Assembly (NCBI GenBank): GCA_964187785.1
Contig: OZ076414.1
Coordinates: 58,218,001-58,282,000, forward strand
Direction of reading: 5' to 3'
Source of the DNA: Amphiscolops sp. MND2022
Taxonomy: Eukaryota
Length of the DNA: 64,000 nucleotides
Shown piece by piece: positions 37,901 to 46,377 of the stretch (positions are counted from its first letter, which is position 1; every line of letters begins with the position of its first letter). Position numbers and translations under genes: made by a program. The notes under the pieces were generated by a model. It did no database searches. It had not been told where the DNA came from and saw nothing but the letters and a program-made list of their open reading frames with translations.

Positions 37901-38830
37901 TACCGCTGGGGAGTGTTTGCAGTCCGAGCCCAGCATCATGACGGCGTTGCGCGGTTTTGATGACGCTCCTCGCCGCACCTTCCTGCGTGAGTGTCAGGGG
38001 TCCTTGCTTGAGTTGTTGAAACGGCTTGGATCGTCAACTTATTGTACTTCGCGTGTAGCCCGTTCGCTCAGCTGTTTGAGTGTAGATATGCTGCTGTGTG
38101 GAGATGCTGAGTATGTGGTAGATTTGTTTCAAGATCTGGTGAGCTGTTTACGTGATGCTAGCTTTCTGAGTGGAGTTGACCGGGAGGCCTCTGTAAATGA
38201 GTTCAAGTCTCTGGTTGTAGACCTGCCTCAACGGTCTTCTGATCCTGAACAAATTTGTGATGTGTTCGGATTTTTGGAAGCTAGTGATGTTTATCAGTGC
38301 CGGGGCTACGTTAAACAAGTGGTTCGTCTGTTGCGAGTGATGGTGTGTTCTGGGCCAAATGCCATGCTCCTGTGGATATTTCAAGTAGTGGAGTTGGTCT
38401 TCCTACAGCTGTTATCCGTTCAGGGATCAGTGCAGTGCAGTCGTTTGTTCTCCATCCCAAGTTTGTCTCGAATGATTTACTGACCGTGGAGTGTTTGGAG
38501 GAATTAAAGGTGAATCTGCCTGTGGGGCATCAGTTCTTGGCGCGCACCTCTTTCGATCCGTTCGTGGATATCAGTCGTCATGCTTGGACGGAGGTTTTTG
38601 AGAGTTTGTTTCGCTGTTACACCGCCTACTACACTGTTCAGGTTGAGGGATGGAGGGCTCGGATGGCTGGTGGGCGATCATCCCGTGGTGTGCCGTCTCG
38701 TACTACGTCTGCTGCTGAGACTGTCTCTGTGGTTGAGGCGTCCGAGCCAGTGCAGGCCTCTACGAGTTCGTCGGCACAAAAGAAGAGAGCGGTGTCGAAG
38801 AAAGGATCTCGCCAAGAGAAGTCTTGTTAA
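34986..38830 (+). CDS. Antisense spliced cargo gene of element B: join(34986-35334, 35414-35644, 35765-35968, 36087-36215, 36366-38830), about 1,125 codons; BED-like zinc finger plus hAT-transposase-like core; three frameshifts in the last exon
   Basis: Four phase-1 GT-AG introns of 79, 120, 118 and 150 nt (donors GTAATC, GTAGGT, GTACGT, GTAAGT) splice into one frame. CSIC-x16-H-x5-H at about 36590-36673. GPFSLALQSS..VKCIVRC at 37082-37140. Frameshifts near 37405 ((TG)n run), 37720 and 38365. Confidence 0.8.
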
Positions 38831-39157
38831 GTTTTTTGAAACTTTACGTTGATGAACTGCTTTGATTTATTTTCTTTGTTGTTTCTTTTTATTGTGTACT
38901 CATTGTTCTGATATTACAGGGTTCCGCTAGCCGGTTCCGTTGTTAGAGAAGAAAAAAAAACATGCTCTGATATTATGGAGCGGAGAAAAGATTTGAGGCA
39001 GCTCGGTAGTCCACTGGGTCATTCAATTTAGTATTTAGCCTCTGTATTGTTTTCATCCGAGTTGTAGAGTACAGTAGAGTGAGTGAAAGCCATTGTGATT
39101 TGAAGAGATTTGGGGTCAGGTCATAGGATTGTGGTCCAGGCCAGTGCCTGGGCCTGA

Positions 39158-42100
39158 TTAATTTTCTGATCTCGGACTGCCGTCTGGGCCGAGGTCCGCT
39201 AAAACCTGTAATTCTGGGCCGTTGTCCAGTCCGTCGGAAGAATATGCCAAGTTTGTTGAATTGACTGTTAGGGCATTGTAATAGGCATAATCTGGTTTCC
39301 AATTTGACGTCGGGTTTTTCCGAAGGTTGTAGTGGGATTTCCGGGGGGATTGAGGTGCGGGTGTATGATTTTCGGGTTCATCATCGATATCGGTTAGTGG
39401 GTCCTGTGTCTGGTCACTTGGGTGGTTAGGAATGATTTCGGGGTCGTATATTAGGTTAGGACTTGGGGGGTCGGGGTGGGTGGGTTCATCGATTGTTTCT
39501 GGGGTTGGTTGGATCACTTCAGGTTCGGGTAATTGTTTGTTTTCGGGTTGGTTAGGGCATTCTTTGTAAAGTCCTTCCCACGCCATTGCGAAGAGGTCGT
39601 CGTGCTGTATGGCTACCTCTGTATCCTGCTGGAAATCCTTGGGTGGGACTGTATTGTCGGGCAGCTTGTGACTGCTTGCGAAGGGGCGTAGCCTGATTCT
39701 GTGCAGGATCTGTGTGAAATTGGTTTGGAGTTTGCGTATCAGATAGTTGTTGTTGGGTAGGGTTTTGACCACGGTATATGGTCCCGTCCAAAGGTATTCC
39801 CGAAACGGCAATTTCGTCGCTTGGCTATGCGCCTTTGGATGCAAAGCATAGCAGTAGTCGTTTACTACCAAGGGGTGTGCTGATGCTTTCCGGTCATAAT
39901 AACGCTTATGTCGGACGTAGGCTTGCATCAGGGCTTGTTGGCTCTGGTTGAGGATTTCTTGTGTTTGTTGTAACACTCCCTCAGCTATTTCGTGGTTGGT
40001 TGGGGCAGTGGCCTGGGGTTTAAGACCGTACTTTAGGTCGAGTACGTTGTATGGCACTCTTCCATGGAAAACTCGGCTGGGTTCGCAGCCTAATGAAGTG
40101 TGGTAGGAAGTGTTGTAATTTAATACTGCCATTGGTAAGAATTGGTGCCATATCGTTCGCCTCTCTCCCGTCATGATTTTTAGACTTTCTTTGAGCGAGG
40201 CGTGTGTCCTTTCTAAGATGCCTATCGTCTGGGCATGTTTTGTGGTGGCATGTTTTAGTTGGATTCCGAGAATGGCTGTTGTTTGTTGCATTGCCTCCGA
40301 TATGAACTGGGATCCTTTGTCCGTGATGATCGTTGTTGGGAGATAGCAGTGTCTTGTGATGATGTCGGTAAGGACCCGTGTGACAGTCTTGGTGTCAATT
40401 CTCGCGACGCTATACGCGAATAGGTAACGGGAGAATACATCCATCGCTGTGATGACTGCGGTGTATCCTCCCGAAGAGTCGTCAAAAGGGACGATGTCCA
40501 TTTGTAGCGCGTCTTCTGGACCCATTGCTATTTTGGACATGTCGATGAGCGGGGGTGTGATGTTGGCATTTGGTATCCTTTTCGTCTGGGCGCATTCTGG
40601 GCATTGTGCATTGTGGGTGGCTATTCGGGCGGCTAGCCCCGGGAAGTAGTACTTTTCGCGGCATTGCTGGATGGTTTTAGCTATACCTGGATGTTTCCCG
40701 AATTTGCCGTGGTGGTGTTGTATGAATTCATCAACCAATTGCTGGGGGAGTAGTACTTGCAAGTACTTGACTTTCCCTGTATCGCCAAAATATTGTCGAT
40801 ACAGGAGTCCATCTTTTATGATGATGCGATCATCTTGTGTGAGGTATTTGGCCGCTCTGGGGTCGTCGTTCAGAAGTTGGGTGTCGTACGGTTCTTTTAG
40901 GATTTTCAGTTTGAGGTTTCTGAGGACGGGGTCCTGGTCTTGGTACGGTCTCAGACTGCGCGGGAAGCTTGTGTCACTGTGAAGTTGGCGCCGCTGTTCT
41001 TGCTCTGGGTCTTGGATGTTGTTGCAGACCAAGGGTAGGTTCTCGGGTTGGGAGATGGTTTGGACAGTTTCACTCTTGGGGTCGGAGTTCTGGTCATGGG
41101 GTGTGTAGATCTGTTTCCTGGCTTGTTGTTTACGCTCCCAAATGTCTTCTTCGGTCTCAGTATCGTCCTCTGGTAAAAAATAGAATTGATCTTCTTCATG
41201 GATGTCGGAGGATTGTATGTTTACCTGGATCGGCGTCGTTTGAATGTCTTCTCTGATTTGGAGAAGGACTTTTTCTTTGGGGCTAATGTCTAATCGGGAG
41301 AGGAAATCGGCTGCTGTATTCATCCTTCCCGGCACATGGGCGATTTTAAAGTGAAATTGCAGTACAAAATCGCAGGCATTCCAGAGGGAGGGTGGTATCA
41401 TCTTGGTTTGGTAAAACCTGGTGACTGATTTATTGTCGGTTAAGACAATAGTCGGTTTGGATGAACCCCACAAGATGTGACTATTTTCCATAAAAGCGAA
41501 ATAGATAGCTAAGAATTCTTTGGCATAGATTGACATCTTCAACTGGGATGGTGAAAAAGTTTTAGAGCCAAATGCCACTGGAGCGTAAGTCTTCCTGGTG
41601 GAGGTTATCTTTTGCTCTGGGTCTTCTTCCGTCATCAAGGCATATCCGGCATTCCTGAAGCTTGCGTCTGTCATTAGTACGTACTGCCGGTTTGGCAGTG
41701 GCTGTTTGAGCCAAAGGCCACATGCGTTGTCTAACGATTTGTTGATAGCTTCGAAATTGGATATGAGTTCTTGATCTATCTTGACTGGCTTCTCTGATTT
41801 GATGAGTTCATGAAATGGGGCAATCTTCTCTGATAATCGGGGAATGTAGTTTCTGTAGTAATTTACGAAGCCGATGTATCTTTGAAGTCCCTTCTTCGTC
41901 CGGGGGAATTTGGTGGTCTGAGGGTGTTTCTGGATCGTGTGGCTTTGGGGTGCTACCCCTGCTGGGGAAATTGTTCGCCCAAGGAATTCGACTTCCTTGG
42001 CGCCGAACTGGCATTTGGCCATGGAGAGCCGGAGTCCTGCTGCGCGGATGCATTGGAAAACTTCTCTCAAGTTGTTCTTTAACTCCTCGGGAGTGTTGGT

Positions 42101-44887
42101 GGCGATTCCAATGTCATCCACGTACTGAGCGCATTTGTCCGCCTTTATGGCTTTGTCGAGGTATTCCCTCATGAAACTTGAAAAGGACGACAATGAGCGG
42201 CTCAGGCCTTGGGCTAGCCTGAGGTACGCGAATGTCCTGCTGGCGAAGTTGAATGCTAGCAGTTGAACGGACTTCTGGTCTGCCATTTGCAGCACGTGGT
42301 AGGCTTGTGAACAATCAAGCTTGCAAAACAACTTCTTGCCGGCGAGGTGTTGCGCCGCGTCTGTTAGTGTGCTCACTGGGTGATTGTTGTTAATGTAATC
42401 ATCAGATATCAGGTTGTTGATTTTCCTGAGGTCGACTAGTAGGCGCAGGCGGCCGTTTGGCTTCCTTTGGGCGAAAATGGGGCTGGCGTACTTGCTTGCC
42501 AATTCGACCGTCAGATCTTCTTTCAGGTTAATGGGGCAGGGCAAACTCTGTGAGTAGATGGGGTCGTCTGTTTTCGGTGTGAGTTTGATTTTGAAATCAT
42601 GGTTGGTTCCAATGTCCAGTCGATGTCTTGCAAAGATGTCGTTGAACTCTATGAGTATTTCTTCGATATCTTTCTTGTCATCTTCGGAGAGTTGTGAATC
42701 GTCCCATTTGAAGCTTTGGAGGAATGTTTTTCGTTCCTCTTCGCTGTTGTTGGGGTCGAGTTTCTGGATTTCTTCCAGTTCTTTGATTTCTCGGAGAATT
42801 CGGTTCTGGATTGGGGTATGGGTAGCAGGGTCTCCGCGGTGGTCTGGTGTGGGAAACCAAAAGTTTTGATTGTGAGATGGTTTTTCTGAGGTTTTCAGGA
42901 GCTCGTTGATGTACACCATCGCATCTTCGGAGTCGTCTTCAGCGAGCACTTTGAGTGCTGCTGTGTTGAGTGGTTTGAGTTCTTTTGCCTCTTCGGGGGA
43001 CAGGATTTTGAATTCTGCTATTGTTGTGTTTCGTTTGATGGTATAGGGTGTAGGGGTGGTATTTGTTACTCTGATGTCGATTTTTCGGTTTGAGGCTGTT
43101 GAGATTGAACTGGCTACCACGAGGGGGTCGCCACTGCAGTGGTTGGTGGCTGGGTTGATGACACCGGTTGTGTCGACGTTGGATGGGATATCTGTGGAGC
43201 CTGTTTTTGTTTGTGTCGTTTCAGGGGGGATAGTGAGTGGGTTCTTTATTTGTACTTTGTACAGTTTCCTGTTACGGGTATATTCGTCGGTTTCGATTGA
43301 ATATGTGAGGTGGAGGAAGTGTAGCAAGCCCTGGCTCACGTCCAGGATGGCGCTGTTATTTTTAAGGAACGTGAGGCCAAGAATCGGGCCTGTCAGTCGT
43401 TTGGCCACGATAAAAGTTTCCTTAAAATTCCAGTCTCCGATTTCGAATTGGAGGATGATTGTTTTGGTAGGCGTTTCAATGTCGCCATTTGCGACTTGGA
43501 GTTTGAAAGGGGGTGGTTCCAACTCTTTAACAGTGTCTTTGGGGGACATTTGGAGGATTTTATTGTAATCGGTTTCGGAGATGCAGTTTACAAGGGCGCC
43601 AGAGTCAATAAGGGCGTCCAGGGTCAAGTCCTGGAAGTCCATGGGGGCGGAGAGCATTTTCTTCTTCTTTTTGAGGGATACTGCTGAAAAGATTGGTATG
43701 CACTCTTCTTTTGTTATGGGGTCTCTCGTGAGGTATTCCACAATCTGGGCTAGGGAGTAGGACTGGGGTTCGTCCTGGGGTGGTGTGTCGTTTACAACAC
43801 CGGTGGGGGATCCAGATTGTGTATTAGTTGCGGCAGGGTTGAGGGGTCGAGGGTCCTCGACTTCGTTTTCGGTCTGCCTACTGGAGAGAGAGGTGGGAAC
43901 GTTGATTTCTCTGACTGGACTTTTGTTGTTCCTCTGATATTCTGCAGTCTGCTTAGGGAGGTAGGACTTGGGAACGTCCTGTTGCGGTGTGCCGTTTGCA
44001 GCACCTGATGGGAATTCAGACTGCATGTTGGTTGCGTCAGCTATGATGTGTCGATCGGTGTCGATTTCATCTTCTAGCTGACTATTGAGGATAGTGGGTG
44101 AGAACTGTGTCTCGTGCTGAACGGAGGGTTCTAGGAGAAGAGATCTCTTTATTCGTTTGGTTTTTGGTTTGGAGATGTTGGTCTCTGAATTGGGTGTAGG
44201 TGAGGCCAGGTCCACGGCTTCGATCGTGGTCCTGTCGGTGAGGTTTCTATGTTGGTGGCTGTCTGGTGCCACGTCCATTGTTGGGGATCGTATGATACCG
44301 GCTCTGATAGGGTTTCTTGGCTGATCTTTTGGTGGAGAATGGGGAGCCATGGTATAGGATCCTTGGTTCTTGAGTATAGATTTAACGTTGTTCTGTGAGA
44401 TATCAACTAGGATTTCTGTTACGTGTTCGACGTCCTGGTTGTAGTCTGGGATAGGTTGGACGGTTTTGGAACTGTAGCGTGGCTCGGTGGAGATATTCAT
44501 CCCTGTTTTTCTGATGTACTCTTCAAATGGCGTGCATTCCTGTTGTTTGAACGTTAGAGTCGTCTTGTCATATAGTTGAGGGTTATAGTATGGGTCGCAG
44601 TTGAAGTCAGAGTCGTGGAAGTAGGTTTCAGGGGAAGTGCTTTCTGGTAGGGGTCGTTTAGGAGTATTGTAAGCAGTCGGGTTGTCAAGGTACCACTGAG
44701 GGTAGTCTTTCTTTGCGGTGTTTTGGCGATTATATTTATTGAGTTTGTGAATCTGCCATCTTGGCTGCCAGTCGAGAGATGGTTCTTTATGTCGCTCGGT
44801 GTTCTTTTCGTAGTCATATGAATTTGGGGGTTCGGATGTTGTGTACTGTCGGGTTTCGACAGTCTCCCCAAATCGAAGATGTGGCAT
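39158..44887 (-). CDS. pol: pol of element B (about 430-aa spacer, protease, RT, RNase H, integrase), 1909 codons
   Basis: ALIDSG protease at about aa 428. RT LLVDLRKIN, LAQGLS, QYVDD. RNase H TDAS, KEFLAI, TDNK, ADFLSR. Integrase HH..H..CPEC, MDIV, TDKGSQF, ILERTH. Confidence 0.97.
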   Translation of the reverse strand: MPHLRFGETVETRQYTTSEPPNSYDYEKNTERHKEPSLDWQPRWQIHKLNKYNRQNTAKKDYPQWYLDNPTAYNTPKRPLPESTSPETYFHDSDFNCDPYYNPQLYDKTTLTFKQQECTPFEEYIRKTGMNISTEPRYSSKTVQPIPDYNQDVEHVTEILVDISQNNVKSILKNQGSYTMAPHSPPKDQPRNPIRAGIIRSPTMDVAPDSHQHRNLTDRTTIEAVDLASPTPNSETNISKPKTKRIKRSLLLEPSVQHETQFSPTILNSQLEDEIDTDRHIIADATNMQSEFPSGAANGTPQQDVPKSYLPKQTAEYQRNNKSPVREINVPTSLSSRQTENEVEDPRPLNPAATNTQSGSPTGVVNDTPPQDEPQSYSLAQIVEYLTRDPITKEECIPIFSAVSLKKKKKMLSAPMDFQDLTLDALIDSGALVNCISETDYNKILQMSPKDTVKELEPPPFKLQVANGDIETPTKTIILQFEIGDWNFKETFIVAKRLTGPILGLTFLKNNSAILDVSQGLLHFLHLTYSIETDEYTRNRKLYKVQIKNPLTIPPETTQTKTGSTDIPSNVDTTGVINPATNHCSGDPLVVASSISTASNRKIDIRVTNTTPTPYTIKRNTTIAEFKILSPEEAKELKPLNTAALKVLAEDDSEDAMVYINELLKTSEKPSHNQNFWFPTPDHRGDPATHTPIQNRILREIKELEEIQKLDPNNSEEERKTFLQSFKWDDSQLSEDDKKDIEEILIEFNDIFARHRLDIGTNHDFKIKLTPKTDDPIYSQSLPCPINLKEDLTVELASKYASPIFAQRKPNGRLRLLVDLRKINNLISDDYINNNHPVSTLTDAAQHLAGKKLFCKLDCSQAYHVLQMADQKSVQLLAFNFASRTFAYLRLAQGLSRSLSSFSSFMREYLDKAIKADKCAQYVDDIGIATNTPEELKNNLREVFQCIRAAGLRLSMAKCQFGAKEVEFLGRTISPAGVAPQSHTIQKHPQTTKFPRTKKGLQRYIGFVNYYRNYIPRLSEKIAPFHELIKSEKPVKIDQELISNFEAINKSLDNACGLWLKQPLPNRQYVLMTDASFRNAGYALMTEEDPEQKITSTRKTYAPVAFGSKTFSPSQLKMSIYAKEFLAIYFAFMENSHILWGSSKPTIVLTDNKSVTRFYQTKMIPPSLWNACDFVLQFHFKIAHVPGRMNTAADFLSRLDISPKEKVLLQIREDIQTTPIQVNIQSSDIHEEDQFYFLPEDDTETEEDIWERKQQARKQIYTPHDQNSDPKSETVQTISQPENLPLVCNNIQDPEQEQRRQLHSDTSFPRSLRPYQDQDPVLRNLKLKILKEPYDTQLLNDDPRAAKYLTQDDRIIIKDGLLYRQYFGDTGKVKYLQVLLPQQLVDEFIQHHHGKFGKHPGIAKTIQQCREKYYFPGLAARIATHNAQCPECAQTKRIPNANITPPLIDMSKIAMGPEDALQMDIVPFDDSSGGYTAVITAMDVFSRYLFAYSVARIDTKTVTRVLTDIITRHCYLPTTIITDKGSQFISEAMQQTTAILGIQLKHATTKHAQTIGILERTHASLKESLKIMTGERRTIWHQFLPMAVLNYNTSYHTSLGCEPSRVFHGRVPYNVLDLKYGLKPQATAPTNHEIAEGVLQQTQEILNQSQQALMQAYVRHKRYYDRKASAHPLVVNDYCYALHPKAHSQATKLPFREYLWTGPYTVVKTLPNNNYLIRKLQTNFTQILHRIRLRPFASSHKLPDNTVPPKDFQQDTEVAIQHDDLFAMAWEGLYKECPNQPENKQLPEPEVIQPTPETIDEPTHPDPPSPNLIYDPEIIPNHPSDQTQDPLTDIDDEPENHTPAPQSPRKSHYNLRKNPTSNWKPDYAYYNALTVNSTNLAYSSDGLDNGPELQVLADLGPDGSPRSEN

Positions 44888-44899
44888 ATTTAGTTTTTT
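44800..44899 (-). promoter_or_regulatory. -1 ribosomal frameshift signal at the gag-pol junction
   Basis: TCA AAA AAC TAA gives the heptamer A_AAA_AAC (44899-44893) in the gag frame, and pol is in the -1 frame. Downstream hairpin ACTGTCG-AAACC-CGACAGT is flanked by ATTTGGGG/CCCCAAAT. Confidence 0.8.
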
Positions 44900-46377
44900 G
44901 ATTGGCTGAACTCGTGGGTTTGGTTTTGGGGTTGAGTGGTCTGCGGGAGCATGGGTTGGTAGCCCGTTTGGCTATTTGTTTGGTTGTTATATGGCTGCTG
45001 ATGTACTGGTGTATTGTCTGGAGGGTACTGACCTTGTGTATTCTGTGGCAGCGGGATGTTATTCGGTGAAGTTGCTTTAGGGGTCTTCCACCATTGGGGT
45101 CTGTTTGCCCAGTTGGCGCCAGAATAACATTCCTGTGTCGTATGGCTCTTTTTGCCGCAGGTTTCACATGGGTTTGTTATTTTAGTCGGTGCCCTGTTGC
45201 CTCGGTTGCGGGCTTCTCGAGCAGTTGTCCGGCAGTTCTTTATTACATGTCCTGGGCTGCCACATCCGAAACACGGGCCTGCTGGTTTGGGTGGATTGGC
45301 GGTTTGTTGTGGGACATCTTGTACATCGATTTGGTGTACTCCCGTTATGTTTGTTTCGCTTGGGGCCAGGAGTCCGTTTAACTCCATCTCGCGTTCCAGG
45401 TGTTGGACCATCAGTTCGTACGACTCTGTCTCGAGTCTTGCCTGGTTAAGGACTCGTTTTAAGTGCGCTGGCATTTTTGCATAGAATGAGGTTTCTATGA
45501 ACTTTGGGGCGTCGTCGCCATATGCCTCCTGTGCCAATTTCTGGTATTGCTCCAGGAAGTCTTGGAAGGTTTGGCGAGTCGGGTCAAAGTAAAGCTGTTC
45601 CCACTTACATCTTGCGGTGGCTATAGATTGTGGGCGAACGTATCGTCTTCGGAATGTGGTAATGATGTCGTCTAAACTGGCGCGGTTTGCGTCTGTCATA
45701 TTGCGATACGTCTGTAGGGCATCGCCTCTCAGGAGGGAGTGGAAGTAGTGAATTTGCTCTTCCTCTGAGATGTTTGGATATACTTTCAGGCTAGTCATAA
45801 ACAGGTCCTCGAAAGGCTCGAATTTGTCATTGCGGCCATCAAATGTGGGCATGGTTGTTGAGAGTGCCTTTGGGAGTCTGGGCAGTCCCGCGCTCTGTTG
45901 TGTGGCATTCTTCAGGGATTCGAGCAGTTTGTCCACGATATCGTCTGGATATCTCATGTTGGGCGGGGGTAGGCTGGATGATCGGGTGGGTATGTCCTGG
46001 GTTGTGGTAACTCCTGTCACCATGTGTTGACCGTGATTCGGGAGTAAATCACTTGGTTCAACTAGTCTATACCTATATTCCGTGTTTTCAGCATCCTCGT
46101 CGTCGGGACCATGACGCACGTTGTTAGACGGTCTCTCTGTCAGTGTATCGATTTTAGAAGTCAGGTTCTCTATCATCTTCAGAATTTCGCGCTGTCCGAC
46201 TTCCGCGTCTTTGATTCTTTTACTTACAGATTTTTCTATCTTTTCAGATATTTCCGTAAAATCCTTATCAGACAAACTAGCAGCGTTTTCAGTTCTCATG
46301 CTAGAAGATTCAGGTTCGTCTAAAGAGTTCACAGGAGAATCCCTTCTGGCTTTTCTTTTGGAGCTACGTTCTGGCAT
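44890..46377 (-). CDS. gag: gag of element B (first ATG 46377; open frame from 46437), capsid-like core and two CCHC knuckles
   Basis: MPTFDG..FEDLF..LLRGDAL capsid-type region; CFGCGSPGHVIKNC and CETCGKKSHTTQEC. Confidence 0.95.
   Translation of the reverse strand: MPERSSKRKARRDSPVNSLDEPESSSMRTENAASLSDKDFTEISEKIEKSVSKRIKDAEVGQREILKMIENLTSKIDTLTERPSNNVRHGPDDEDAENTEYRYRLVEPSDLLPNHGQHMVTGVTTTQDIPTRSSSLPPPNMRYPDDIVDKLLESLKNATQQSAGLPRLPKALSTTMPTFDGRNDKFEPFEDLFMTSLKVYPNISEEEQIHYFHSLLRGDALQTYRNMTDANRASLDDIITTFRRRYVRPQSIATARCKWEQLYFDPTRQTFQDFLEQYQKLAQEAYGDDAPKFIETSFYAKMPAHLKRVLNQARLETESYELMVQHLEREMELNGLLAPSETNITGVHQIDVQDVPQQTANPPKPAGPCFGCGSPGHVIKNCRTTAREARNRGNRAPTKITNPCETCGKKSHTTQECYSGANWANRPQWWKTPKATSPNNIPLPQNTQGQYPPDNTPVHQQPYNNQTNSQTGYQPMLPQTTQPQNQTHEFSQSKN
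46010..46022 (-). other. Primer binding site TGGTGACAGGAGT (tRNA-Leu-like), read as M-V-T-G within gag
   Basis: Directly abuts the 5' LTR end. Matches 12 of 13 nt of the complement of the metazoan tRNA-Leu(CAG) 3' end as I recall it (TGGTGTCAGGAGT). Confidence 0.75.

Noticed and set aside
38826-38931. Possible fifth cargo intron (38826-38919) giving a WFR-stop terminus
   Set aside because: The acceptor is good and the phase fits, but the donor GTTAAG is weak and the unspliced frame already terminates normally. Left out of the gene model.
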